From Lingula anatina (Eukaryota; Animalia; Brachiopoda), in assembly GCA_051362555.1 (NCBI GenBank), contig CM120644.1, positions 15,460,534 to 15,524,533 of the forward strand: a stretch of 64,000 nucleotides of DNA. Direction: 5' to 3'. Of the stretch, positions 37,945-52,128 are shown one piece after another. Below the pieces are notes generated by a model. That model searched no databases. It was not told the origin of the DNA and worked only from the letters and a program-made list of their open reading frames with translations. The translations under genes were made by a program, and so were the position numbers. The stretch's first letter is position 1. Each line of letters starts with the position of its first letter.

Positions 37945-39742
37945 GTTTATCCTGAAAACTTTATCAAATTTATTAGGCACTTTAGACATATCTTCCCAAA
38001 AATAAAAAAATGCACAAAATAAATACAGAAAGAAAGCTGCTGAAAATATACTGTTCTTTATTGACAAAGGTAACGTATAAAATCAAAGAGGCAGGTGTAT
38101 AAGGAAATACTGACCTGGGTCAGAATGGGCCTGGCTTGTTTCTGGTCAGCAGAACTGGGGCTGTGGACGACAGGACTGACCACAAGGTCCTCCAGCCACT
38201 GGACCCTGCTGGACTCACGGACTAATAAGAAAAACATGGTGTGTCATAGACAGGAGTATTGATAAATTAAAATGTAAAAAATAATGTCACTCCATCATGG
38301 AGCTGAAAAGCATACAAGTGTTAAATGAGAATATCAGAATCTAAATTAAAATGTTTTAAATTGACAGAAGTGAAAAAAATCAGTTGTTCCATCTTAGCAC
38401 ATCAAAATCTGTGACTGGCCTGTTATCCAAACTTGACTTTTAAATATACCTATTTTTTTTTCTAATCCGAAAATCACAAATAAACAAATAGCAATTAATT
38501 GAAGTTTCATGAAAAAAAAAAAATTGTAAAATTTAAATCAATAAATTGTATAAGGAAGAACTTTTTTTTCTGCAGAACACAATTCACAGTACAATCAGTC
38601 ATCAAACACAGCCAGTACCAGGATAGTGTTTCACCACAGTCTTGGTCTTCTGCTTGCCCACCACTTGAGAGATCTGCTGGCTGTTGCACAGTGTGTGCAG
38701 CTTGGTCACAGCATCAATCTCACGCTCTGTCTAAATGAGCAAAATATAATACACAAATCATATTGTAACAGATAATGATCCAATTGAATAAATGAAAGAA
38801 GGAATATAAGAAGACAATCATATTGGTATTCATTTCAAAGTGTTAAAATTATTTTAAATGTTAATTTATAGTTATTATAAACAGTACATAAAATTTAAAA
38901 TGTTTGAACTTGACATAATTGACTATACATAATATAATCATTTCATCATTATGAACAACACATCCTTATTAAAATCAGGTAAATAAAATCACCCTGCTCT
39001 TTTAATTAAAAAAACATGAACTATACTGCAGACTTTAAAAGAAGTCATGTGGGCCATTACATTCTTGAAAGATTCCTGAAGGGCCAGTGGGCCTGAAATT
39101 TATAGGCACAAACAGGGGCACCTAGTGGTCAGTTGTGGTACTTACCAATGCCAGGGCTGGCATCCCAACACAGGCAGCTCTTGGCAAGACAGTTGTCTGG
39201 TGCTGGGTACTGTTGGCTTTGACTTTAGGCAAGGGAGACTGAAAAAGAAAAATACCAGAAACTTGAACAGCTGACTTGATTTCTCTAGTTGATAAAGCTA
39301 GGACATAATACACTTTCTTTAAAAAATACACCTCTTTTACTAATTGTGCTCTCTCACTCTTTCCTTACACCCCTCAGCCTCACCACCTTCTCCATACATC
39401 TCTTTTCAACCCAGGCCTCTTTCTCCAAACATCATTTTTCTCCCGAGATAGAATGACGCATGCCATACTTCCAATCTCTCTCTCTAAACCTAAATAGACT
39501 ACCACATACCATACGCTCCATCTCTCTATCTATTTGTACCTAGATAGAATGTTTTAGGTCATATTCTCTCTCTCTCTCTCTCCATACCTTGGGGTACACT
39601 TTCTTCTGTTCCCCTTGTGCAAGCCTCTTCTCTAGTCTCTCCTTCTCTTCCCTGAGCTGCTGCAGCTTGGCCTTCTTCTCTTCTAGAGTGGTCCCCCACA
39701 ACCGCCCACTCTGGGGGGACAGCAAGGTCCCTATAGGAGAGG

Positions 39743-39814
<72 letters not shown>

Positions 39815-42800
39815 AAATAGAGCACTCAGTGAAGGCAGACCTCTATGATGGCAGTTCAATTCTCATTATCAAGTTACAAATCACTTGCCTCTAAACAGTA
39901 ACCATTTTTACTGTATGCCCATTCCTGGTCTTTCCTAAAAACTTTTTGAGTTAGGCTGTTAACTAACAAACCAACAACTTTTCTGCACAAAAACATGATC
40001 TCCTTGGCAGATGTAACAAAAAATAACAAATTAATTATAATTACTATTGATAATCTAAATGTCCAAAACGAAGATTTTTTTCCACCTAAAGCACTAAAAA
40101 CTTACCAACTTGGCACGCCTGGTTCAAAAATGGACTCAAAGTTTCCGTCTGTAATTTATCATCTTTTCCTACCATTACATTCTCCTCCACGCTGCTGCAG
40201 CTTCCACTGCTGAACAGTCCACTGTCCAGTGCTGCCCTGTCAGCAGTCACTTCACTAGATGCCTGGGACGAGGTCTGAGACACCAGACTGTCCATCTCAA
40301 AGCTACTCTGCGAACTGTCTGACTTTTGTATCTGATCATTCTGATCTTTTCTACCATCGAGACTGTCAATGCTTAGATTTCTTTCTTGGTGATTTTCCAG
40401 GCTGTCCCTCAGTTCCTCACCGACTTGGCTTGAACAATCTTGTGGCTCCCCCTTTTGGTGAAGGTCAAGTCCACACCTAGTGTTGCTGCTGTCTTGGGCA
40501 GATGTGGTATGTGTCTCCCCTTGGTGGCCACTCTCCAAACTATCTGTGCTGTTATGTTGTGACACTTGCCCGTCACTGTTGAGACTGTCAAAGCTCATTC
40601 TCCCGCCTGTCCTACACTGACATTGCTCATGACACTGACAATGACAGTCAGTGTCTATTGACCCACATCCTGCATTTGTCAATCCATCAGATTTCTCATT
40701 TCTAGCAGAGGCTTTATAATGACTGTTCCTTGAGCTAGTGTCAGAAACTCCATTCAATATGGAAGGTGGGGTCTGTGTCACTTCATCCACAGTCAGACCG
40801 CACCGCTTGACCACAACACTGGTCACTGTGTTGGTTGGAGCAGATACATACTGGGCTGATGTCTGACTGGAGTATCTTGGTGACGGAGCCCCCTGGTGGG
40901 GGTTGAAGACAGTGGTGACGTCCTGTGTCTTGTATGGTGACAGAGTGGTGAAGTAACCTGGCTGTGCTGGCTGCACTGCTGTGAAAGGTGAACTGCTCAA
41001 GTCTGGGAAGTAAAACAAAACATGTTACTGGGCTTAAGAGACACGTTTTTTTCTGCATCCAGTAGACTGAAGGAATTATTAATGGATGTTATTTCTCACA
41101 TTATCTTTATTAAAAAAATTATAAATTAAAGGGTTCTGTCAAAAAATAGTCATAGTAAAAGGTTAATTCTATCAATTTAAGTAGACATTATGAAATTGGT
41201 AAAAACAGCTTATGAAATGAAAATAAATACAATCAACAATAATAATAATTAATAATTCACATATTTTCATGTGACCACTAAATAAAGTTACAGTACATAT
41301 TTACCAGTGACAGCAGGGAAGTATTTCCCATGTGTGGTCAGTGGTGACTTGACTGCTGGTCTCAGCACTCTGGAGGTAGTTGGAGTGCCCACTGGCGTGA
41401 ACGCACTCCCGTCTGCCGAGAACAACACCTTGGTTGGCGTGGAAACCTGAAGACTGGGAAAACTGTGGAGTAAGTCGGACATCAGCGGTTTCCATACATG
41501 AGGATCTAGGTGCTCTTTTCCTGGGATATCATCTCCCATTTTCTCACTATTTTCACTGGCAAATACACCATCATGTTGCAGGGTGTCTTGAATAACCTCC
41601 TGCTCCAACATAGAATGGAATTTTTTCGAAGGAGTTCCATTTTCATTGATGGTGCCTTTCAGACATTTTTGTTGTTCGTTATTTTTATTCATTATATTTT
41701 CATCACAACTCTTCATGCGTTTTAAATCCTCTGAGATCAACTTATCACTTTTTAAATCACTTTCTGAAGATGTGGACTCCATCTTTGCCACCCCCGACAC
41801 CTCTATTGTATCCTCTCTAATTGTGGTGGGACTAGAATTATTCATGACATCTGGTTCTCTTATGGGTTCTCTAAAATCACTCTCCGCAGCACCATCTAAA
41901 GAAAGCTTTGGGAAGGAATCAGAACAACCAGATAATTGGCTGTCTGTGTATATTTGGGCCTCGTTGAGTGGGTCGTTAGAAGAAGCTACACTGGCAACAC
42001 TAGGTCTAGCTGATGACACCATGGAATTTGGAGGAATTTCTCCAGAGGAGAACAAACTACTGGTTGGCCTGGAATAGAGATGACCCTGGTCCAGTTCACA
42101 ATCGTCTGTGGCTTCACTGGCACAATCCGATGTGACACTGATACTGCTGGGTCTATGTGCCTGTTGCTGGTCACAATCTTCTCTAACACAATTGTCCTCA
42201 CTTCTAGTACCACTTTTACTAGCACAACTCAGTCTATCTGTTGAGCTTAAAGCACTCTCTGGTCTAGATTCAGGTAAATCCAGACTACTAGCACTGTTCA
42301 TGATTCTAGCATGGTCAAACAGGCTGCTGTTTGAGGTACGACTGGCAACACTGCAGCGACTGTGAACGCCAATGTTTTCGTCATCATCGGGGCCTGGAAT
42401 CTCATCCTCCTTAGGATTGCTTTGACAGACCCCTCCCCCTCCGTTTTTGGCTTCGTCTCCTGGGTCTTCCAACTTGAGGTGTCTCCTGAATCCTGGTATG
42501 TACACCATGGTTCGTCTTTTGTGAGACAGTTTATCTGCCTTGCTCTTTTCCTTCAGTGACATGTCCCCAAAGAAAACCTCTTCTTCATCGTCACATTGGT
42601 CTCCATCACAGAACTGCAGGGGTGGGTCTGATTCTTTTCTAGATGAAAGTCAAAAGTGTCAGTACAAAGCTCCTTCTGTTATATTAATATATTGCACCAT
42701 GTTAAAAATTGCATTTTGTCATAAATATAATTACTCATAAAAATTTCTCAATCAGCAACAAACAAGTTTGAACTGTTACTAAATATTACAAAAATTTCAT

Positions 42801-43240
42801 TCACAGTAAACCTTATATCAATGAGGGTTAACTATATGCAATAAATCTATGACGAAAATGAAAAACTTGGACAAAAGTTGAGTGGTTGCCATGAATTGGT
42901 CATTTTTAAGATACTAGTAGTTGCTCTTTTTTTTCTTGTTTCTCTCAGTTTAAGACAATTTAATTTAATCTAATAAAATGTTTTCATACTGCGTACATGT
43001 AACACAGCACATACTATACCTTTCTGCTTTCTTGTCTGCTTGCAAGTTCTGCATCTGCTTAAGCGGAGAACGCTGGGTGATATTTTTCTCAGCAAGCGCA
43101 CCAACGGCAGGACTGGGCAAGACGATTTTGGCTTTCGCTGGGCTCTGCTTCGAGCCATCAGTCTCCATAGACCTCCGAGCTCTCCCAGGGACGATTTGAC
43201 GAGACTGTTTCTTGCTCTTATTTTCCTGTTTGTTCTCCAT
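37783..43240 (-). CDS. Uncharacterised ~1006-aa Ser/Asp-rich disordered protein with cell-cycle-type linear motifs (D-box, GTSE1-N-like motif, coiled coil, RVxW); 8 exons
   Basis: Exons 43240-43020, 42638-41305, 41002-40106, 39730-39588, 39238-39146, 38730-38619, 38221-38115 and 37896-37783; GT-AG with compatible phases; 3021 nt open. It incorporates the 424-aa and 310-aa ORFs of the track. Confidence 0.8.
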
Positions 43241-43325
43241 GTCATTCAGTGTTGCAAAGCTAAATCAAACCCGCTGTAACTCTCGTCAGCGGATACCTGA
43301 ATAAGTTTCGATCAAGGAAAGCACT

Positions 43326-43331
43326 TTCAAA
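43326..43331 (-). promoter_or_regulatory. Candidate CHR element (TTTGAA) upstream of the disordered-protein gene
   Basis: TTTGAA on the minus strand ~85 nt upstream of the ATG at 43240, in a CpG-containing stretch. A 6-mer can occur by chance. Confidence 0.3.
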
Positions 43332-44971
43332 ACAACCGGCACATATCCCACAATGCAGCGGCTCTCGTAATAATACGCTTAATCTCGCAGAACATAATGG
43401 GACCCGAAAGGGAAGCTTAGTTACAATATAAAAATAATAAGCAAGGTTAGCAATAATCAAACATAGAAATGAAATATAATAATAAGAAACTTGGATCTGA
43501 TTTTATTTAAAGCGTTTGTAATTAAGACAAAGTGTATTAAAACCCAAATTTTGTTCTCGGTTTTTCATTTCACTTACTATTTATAACCTAATTATTGGAC
43601 CTGAACACAAAAACAAACAGTTTTGTATAAACGTGCAAGCTACCTGTACTAGTACAACACCACTTTGGGGTTTGCGAAATGATAAAATGGATCGTGATAA
43701 TCTACATCAAAAAGGGAAAGTTGCTTAATTATTTTTAAAATTATAAAATGGTGTTAAGTTTAAAAAAAAAAAAAATTTAAAAGAACGGCAGTGACTAATA
43801 ATTAGTTAGTGGTAACTTCATTACTGGTAATTATATATACTAATTATATATACAGTAGTTAATTTTATAATTACAGGTAGATCGAGTATTAACAAAACAC
43901 TGAAATAAATAAAGTTATGATTAATTGAATGAATAAGTGAAGTGAATAAGTGATATTTTTGTAAAAATTATAATTTAAAAATAAATGATATACAGTACTT
44001 TCTATTCAGCTAATGCATGAAGGTAAACCCAGTATATAAAAATAAATCAATAATTGCATATATGGTTTATGATTTTTATCTCAATTTCAAATAAATATTA
44101 TTACATTGCAATTAAGAACAATTACACACTACATGTAACTGGTATTTAAACTGTAAAATGATTCAGAGAATGCAAACCCAGTACACTGAAGTAAAACATA
44201 CTAGTACAGCCATTTTAAAATTTTTATTTATACATACAAATTTATATTACAAGTATATACGTAGATATATTAATTTCTTAAGAACCACAATAAAAATAAT
44301 TGATATTTTTCAAATATATTAACTTCTTTAAAACTGTGTGTCACATGCAAAAAGCTAAAATAATTCCTTTGATATTAAAATGTAATTAAGTCACTTTCTT
44401 ATAGATTACTATAATACAAGTACCTCATACAGGCATACCATGTACTAATATATTCGTAATTATAACCATTATAAAAAGCTTAATTTCTGCCCAGCTGTAT
44501 AGGGGCAGTCCCTCCCCCCAGGCTTTTCTGTTTTCTCAGTTTATAGAAAGTTATCTTACAGTATGTAATTTCTATCAATCAGAAGTAGTTGCACAATGTA
44601 GGACAGTACTACATGAAGAAGCAACGGAATAAATGAACAAGCCAGTTTCAGAAAACAGAAAAAAAAATATTCAAAAATGTGTATAACCAGAATAGTGATT
44701 TCGTGAATATCACCAAAAATATGGTCCAATGATTTTAATATATGCTTATTAAGCTCTGGTAATACGTTTTTGTATTTTCTGCAGCTGCAGCCATGACTTT
44801 TGTAATGGACACACCCCGAAATCCCTCTTAGATCTACAATTGCTTGTAAAATTAAGAAACCTTTTTCCTCCTTGTTTTTTGTTTACCCCACTTTGCACAA
44901 GGGCATATAAATCAAAAGTGTTTTGATACTTTACTGACTTTTGAATTTATTTATTTATTTTTGAATTTATG

Positions 44972-45145
44972 CAGTGGCAGATCCAGAGATATTTTCTGAC
45001 AGTCCTCCAAATCATCTTTGTTGATCCATCCTCCATTTTTCAGCATCTTGCGAGAGAAAAAATTAGATGCCCGTCAATGTAAAGATGAAAAATTCTAACC
45101 ATTTTCCATAAGACCCAGAAGATGCATGGCCTTCATCTGCTCCTG
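44972..45145. mobile_element. Diverged copy of the 52330 MITE in the probable white 3' UTR
   Basis: atattttctgacagtc...atctttgttgatccat...aagacccagaaga aligns with 52330-52497. Confidence 0.7.
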
Positions 45146-45350
45146 AATTGTATCTTAAGATTTTTTTTCCTATGAGTAATGAAGCTTTGACTCTTTATTA
45201 ATGAGTCCTTATCTCAGGACAGGGTTTTCCTTGTCTCCCTCTCAAAGTGTCCCAATACAGACCACAATGCTAAAATGTGAAAAGTCCCTTATAATTATTT
45301 CAATAACTGCAATTAACACAATGCTTTCTTGTTGTCACAACTAACACAAT

Positions 45351-45587
45351 CTACTCCCTTTTCCATGTCTTGATGAGAAATATAATGTAAGCTATGAGTC
45401 TGTAGCCAACAAGCAGAGCCACCAGGAGAAGAATATTCCTTAAAATGTTCTCCTGTAATATAAAAAAGTAAAATGACAATTTTTAAATTTAAAAAGGGAG
45501 ATTAAACTGTAATGGGTTCAATGATTACTTAACTCCTGGGTAATGTTTTTGAAGAGCTATAGAGCTAAATTTTCTACATAATTTTAG

Positions 45588-45619
<32 letters not shown>

Positions 45620-48600
45620 GCACTGAAGCTGTAATGGTCCATTACTTATATATTTTTATATCATCAGAGTGGAATTTTTTCTCCATTCATCTTTTTTCTC
45701 ATCCTCTCTCTCTCTTTGTCCACTTAATTACCTCCTTGAAGCTGTAGTAGTCTATAATGTCTTGCCCTGTTCTAAATGCACAGCTTGTACCATTATGACA
45801 CACTAAAATCAAAAAGTTTGAAATATATACTAACTTGTTCACCATACCAAGCCTGTACAACTTCTTAATAAGCTCACAGCTCAATAAAATGATTCTTTAT
45901 AATACATTGTATGTCTCTGTTCTATATGAAAACAATGTTCATGGTCTCTAAGAAAACATGATAAAAAGTTACATGCATTTTCAACTTATGTATCAAAATA
46001 ACTAGAATCAAACAACATTTTGATCCAACATCTACAGATCTTGATCATTCCACGTCTGAAAAACAGTACTTATTAATAATTGTAAGCCTTAGGTAATGTA
46101 CGTCAACTAGTTGCAACACCAACTGTCCACTGTACGCAATATACAAGAGCATATAATTATAATAAGGCGCAGTGGACGACAAGTAGTTGGCTGCTGGGGC
46201 TTTGAACAATAGGATATTGCACCGAAATGTATGAAAACACAGGCAATAAATTTTAAGCCTGTATATGAAATACCTGTACAAGTGCAATTATCCTATTATT
46301 TGAAGTGCCAGCCATAATAAAATATTATAACTTACAAATGGTGTCCACATTTCTCCACTGAACAACTGTGATGACCTCATTGGAGTACGGGAACCAGGAC
46401 ATGTAGTTCAGCCAGATAAAGTACACGGGTACACTACTGCAATTCGGTGAAGAGAAAAATGAAGAGAATATTAATTTATTTTTCTTATAGTCTTTTAAAT
46501 ATTTTCTTTTAATTCCCCATGATCAAAATTGAACGAATTAAAATGTCTATAAAAAGTCTCTTTAAGTCTTTTAAGTATATCAAAAACTTAATATACATTT
46601 TTAAAAAATTTTTGGAAATAAATTCTGGCTGTGTTTTTCCTCCAAAGAGGGCAGCACTTACTCCTGATTCAAGAAGAACCCACCAAACAACATGAAAGGA
46701 ATGAGCAGAGGTGGAGCTAATGCCAATGCCACAGTCAGCGAGTTAGCAGCTGTGGAGATAATGTAGCCTAGAAATAAAATGAATGGATATAAAAAAATTA
46801 ATAAAATATTAAAATATGTTTAGTACCTAGGGTCATTTATCCACAAAACAGTAACATGTTCACACAATTTGTTGCCATGCTCAGCTTATCTATGGTTATT
46901 ATTATTATTATTCATACTTCTATTATTTTTAAAAGGTTTTGTAATAATGGACTCATTTTAAACATAGTATCTCACAGTGACATAAAATGACATCCATTTT
47001 TCATGCCCCCCCCACCAAACCAATGGCATAAATTTAATATAGAGGAAATGAAACATAGACATAAACAATATTTGTCAAATTCTTACCGAAGGACACTGCA
47101 CAGTTTGCCACCAGGATGAGCACAGCCATGTTGAATAAAAACTCCTCTCCCCCAGGATAAAGACCTACCATCCAGTAGGCTATAGCGGAGAATATCAACG
47201 GTGTGATCACATAGCTTGGAAACTATAACAAAATTTGCAAAAATTGTACAAAAATTGTGTTTTTTTATGACAAAAATTATTTTAGTAGTTAATTGTTTGA
47301 AAGCTAGTAATTTAAGTTGCTTTTAACTTTTACTGTAAAATCATGTTATACGAATATTTTAAGTTTAAAATCCATTTTAAATGTTAAGTAGGCATTACAT
47401 AAAAACAAGTACGGCAGGTATTTGAGAACACAGTTTCAAAATATATAAGGATTAAAAAAGTGAAAAGAAGAAATTAATCTATCTGGGCATTAATTAGAAA
47501 AGAAATGAATGCTTGCTTGCTTTGGCAAAACAGCGAGATTGCAATTAAATGAGAAATTAGAAAAAAATTTATTGAGCCAATGTGGCTGTAGTAAAATCTC
47601 TCCACTACCTCAGCAAAAGTCTTGCATAGAAAATAGACATCTGTCCTGTACATGCCATTGTTGTGGTCTCTTTTGAACACTGGAATTTCTAGAGGAAAAG
47701 TCTGAAAAAAAAACATTAGTAAGTAAGTAATCGATAAATATTGTTGTGAAGAATCAAACTTATCAATACTATCAGATATTGATAAGTGTTATCAATAACA
47801 ATTATTCATTAATGTAAAATATCTAAAATAAAAATTTTAATATTTTTGTATGCTCACAATGTCTCCTTGGGCTTTGAAAAAAAATTTAAAAGTATCATTA
47901 AGTAATAAAATTGGAATAATAATAATAAATATTAAATTTATATAAACTCATATCAATAAATGTCCTTTACTTTTTAGTTTTTTTATTAAGAAAAGAAATG
48001 ACTGACAAAAGATGAAACAGCACAAAAAAGTTGAAACTTACATTGATAACAGGGAACATGTTAGCAAATGAATTATTTGTTAACAACAAGAACATCAGAC
48101 CATTGATGTTTTGAACTGCAGACTGGTCATAATACCCTTCATTCTTATCTGGTTGACGTAAATATATGAGGCCCAGTAGTACTGCGATGAACTGATAATA
48201 TAATATAATATAATATAATATAATATAATATAATATAATATAATATAATATAATATAATATAATATAATATAATATAATATAATATAATATAATATAATA
48301 TAATATAATATAATATAATATAATACAGAATGGGCTTAATTACCAAAAATTAAAGAGCCAAGGAGAACAATTTTCTTTAATTAAAAAATAATAGGGCATG
48401 GTACACACAAAAAAAAAAAAAGAAAAAAAATTACTTGCCTCTGCCAAGTTTTTCTGCTTATTTTTTTTTCATGGATTGAGAAGGGTGTCTGCAGTGCCTA
48501 CCATATCCACATATAAAAGACAGAAATACTAACTTACTATGCTCTGTATTGTTCGGATCCTGTAAGCCATAGGATCTCGTACCATAGTCAGCCAGGAGCG

Positions 48601-50340
48601 CCAAAATACGGCACGGAATTGTTGAAACCAGTTTGCTTTGTATCTGACAGAGTGAAAAAATTAATCAATTAATTAATTAATTAATTAATCAATAAAATAT
48701 AACAACAAATGAGTTTTCTTATGATAATGTCTTTGGGAAAATATGATCTGATCAACAATTGATTTTTAAGTTACATTTATGCTATTATTGTGTAAATTTA
48801 AAAAGAAAAAAGACAAAATTTGATGGTGACTGTGAAATAAATCTGCAGATGAATTGACAGCAGTTTGTTTAATAAAGCCAAGACTTCAAATCTGGAAACT
48901 CATTTTATCAGAAATGAGTGTTGTTATATCATATGATATTATTCACATGTAAACATGAACTTTATCTACTTACACAGCTTTTCCAGATATCGCTGCATCA
49001 AGCTGAAATCAAATTGAAATAATCTTTTGACTACATGTGTTGTTAGCAATAAGAAACTTTGTTGTGGCTGATATCAGTTATGAAAAATAATCCAAATATA
49101 TGCTTATAGTAAGTTATATATCATATAACAGTGAAGTAAATAAATTATATTAAAGTAGAAATTGATTCTTGAATTATAGTAATTTAATTTTCAGTGAAGA
49201 ATCCTGACCAAAAGAATAAATTAATAAATATATAACAACTGAATATTTCCAATGACAGTTAAGGACAGTCTAAACCACAGAAAAGTGTTACAGTGTCCTC
49301 GTCGTGAGATTGTGTACTGTTCTTACTATCCATGTTTTTAATAAAGTATGGTAAGTTTATTTACGAAAAAGTTATCTCCATTCTCCTTTCCTTGTTCTGC
49401 CATGTTGTCTTGAATTGCCTTGGAAAATGGACTGGCATCATAACCATCACAGATTTCCTGTGAAAATGGAAGGTGGACTTAATAAAGGTTTTGTCATCTT
49501 TTTTTCCTCACTTCATGCAATACTTAATTATGATTGTAAAATATAGTATATGTTAACTGATGCAAAATATCTTCGATACACTTTTAAGTTACTCTTGTGA
49601 TTGAAAAAAAGACTGATGAATTTCACTTATGATTTTAAAAATTAAAAATTGACAACTCCAAAACAGATTAATTGATTATTCTACAACTTTCACACCAGTT
49701 TTGATTCAACCATAAGCTTTTCTAGGTAATAAAGGGAATATTGCTGAAATATTGCAAAAAATTTTGATATATGTATCTTTCTTCTTTCTTTTCGCAGCTC
49801 GTATATAAAACTCTTACATGCTTTTATGTCTTTATTGACATGCATTAAGGCGTACTGGTCATACACGTATATAAAATTCTAACATGCTTTGTATGTATTT
49901 AAATTAATGACATGTAATTATCAAGACATGCTGGTCATTCACCATCCCAGACCAGGACAGACCAATGCCCATACTTACATTAACCCTCTGTTTGCAAGTG
50001 TCCACTTGTCCAGGTTTAATGGCCAGTGTATGGATGAAATGGTCAGCTGGGTTGAAGTTTGGCGGACAGGTAAAATTCAATCTAAAAATGAAGACATAAT
50101 TCACATAGCAAGTTGAAAATACAGACTTACGATTATATTTATATTATTCCTTGGAGTTATTATTATTACCATACTATGTCACTGTAATTGCAAGAGCTGC
50201 AATTAAATGAATTGCGTTGTTTTCAGTGTTTGAATTCTAGATACTTTTAATGTACAGAAGATTTAAGAACCTACTGCATGCATGGTACATTTTTCACTTT
50301 CAAATACAAGGGTTTTCCCACAACAAAAAATAAATTGATA

Positions 50341-50386
<46 letters not shown>

Positions 50387-52081
50387 GTGAATAGATTTTT
50401 TATATATTCTAAATAGTGAATAACAAATATTAATGAAAAATGTGCTATAAAAAGTTTCTTTACATGCAAATACTATGGAAGATGTATGGCAACTTTTTTT
50501 TTCTAAACTTAGGCCTGATTTTACCCCATCCCCTCCACAGTGATTCATATCAAAATCCTAGAACTGCAAGTTGTCAGTGTCTTTCAACGTTGCCTAGATG
50601 TTTACTTACTCTTGAAAAAACTTAAAGGCCCCAGCTGTAGGTCCCATGTACGCCACACGACCCTCTGCTAACAGTAGAAGTCTGTAACAGATAAAATGTT
50701 GTTGAAGTTAAACAATTTTTCATAATATATTAAAATCACAAAATGTTTATCATAAAACTTACTCAGATTTATTTATTTATTATTTTTATTTACTTACATT
50801 ACACAATTAAGCCAATTTATTTACTTACATTACACAATTAAGCCAATAAAAAAAACTTACTGGTCAAACATGGCAAACACCTGTGAAGAAGGTTGGTGAA
50901 TGGTGCAAAGAATCGTCTTCCCCTTGCGCGCCATGGTTTTCAGGGTGTGTACAATACTCTCCGCCATGAAAGAATCCAGGCCTGATGTAGGCTCATCACA
51001 AAACATCAGTGGAGGGTCAGTCAGTGCCTGAAAGGGTTTTCATTTTTAAATTTTTTAAAGACAAAGGTACTTTTTAGACCGAGTTGTGTACTTAAGCAGT
51101 AACATTTGTATCTGCAGTGCTAAGGTCCAAAGAAAACATTACCAACAGATCTGAAAAAATTGAGTAATTAGTGTAATTAAAATTTAAATTGCTCTCACCT
51201 CAGATGCAAATGACAGCCTTTTCATTTCTCCACCAGAGATCCCCTTGATTCTTCCAGGAATTCCTATCCTGGTGTCTGCACACTTGGACAGTCCAGTCTG
51301 ACAAATAAATAAATCAATAAATAAACAATGGCAAATGTGATCAATAAAATTTTAGCACACAATTATTGTGTAATGATCAAGTACCATTAATTGTTGTATG
51401 CAATGACCTAAACTTGGTCTAATAAATTTTTTTTAAGAATGAAATAAAACCATACAATACAATACAATGCAATGCAATGCAATACAATATAATAAAATAC
51501 AACACAAAATTAAATAAAACTATACAAAATGAAATAAAGTAAAATATTTCATTACCTCCTCAATCACTTCTTCCACCCTGTCCATTCTCTCCTCAAAGGG
51601 CACTTCTCTATCCATCCTCAACTGAGCCTGGAATGTTCATGACAGAATTAAATCGAAATAATATTCTCATTATATATTTATACATTCTTTTAAAGAAACA
51701 TTCTTCTGTGAAGACTTTGAAAAATTTGCATTACATTGAACTATTGATTATTTTGCAACATAAGGTAGTACATTGTATATAAACATGATAGTCTTATGCT
51801 AGCTTTGTTATAAGTTTAGATAATTTATCAACTTTAAAATAAAAATTATATTTTGGTTGTATAAAACAATTGGCATAATTACTTGGAACTGCAAGTGCTC
51901 CCTGACTGTGAGAACCCCAATGAACAAATCCTCCTGTTGAACATACACAGAAACATTAGTGATGCCTGGTCCAATGACCTTGCCGTTGACCTTGACTGTC
52001 CCATCTACCACTAGGTTTCCACGGTTACGGTATGTCAAGACATTCATAAGGGTAGACTTTCCTGCTCCACTGTAGATGAAA

Positions 52082-52128
<47 letters not shown>

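Noticed and set aside
41646-42559. Plus-strand ORFs of 65-143 aa
   Set aside because: They are antisense shadows of the large coding exon 42638-41305.
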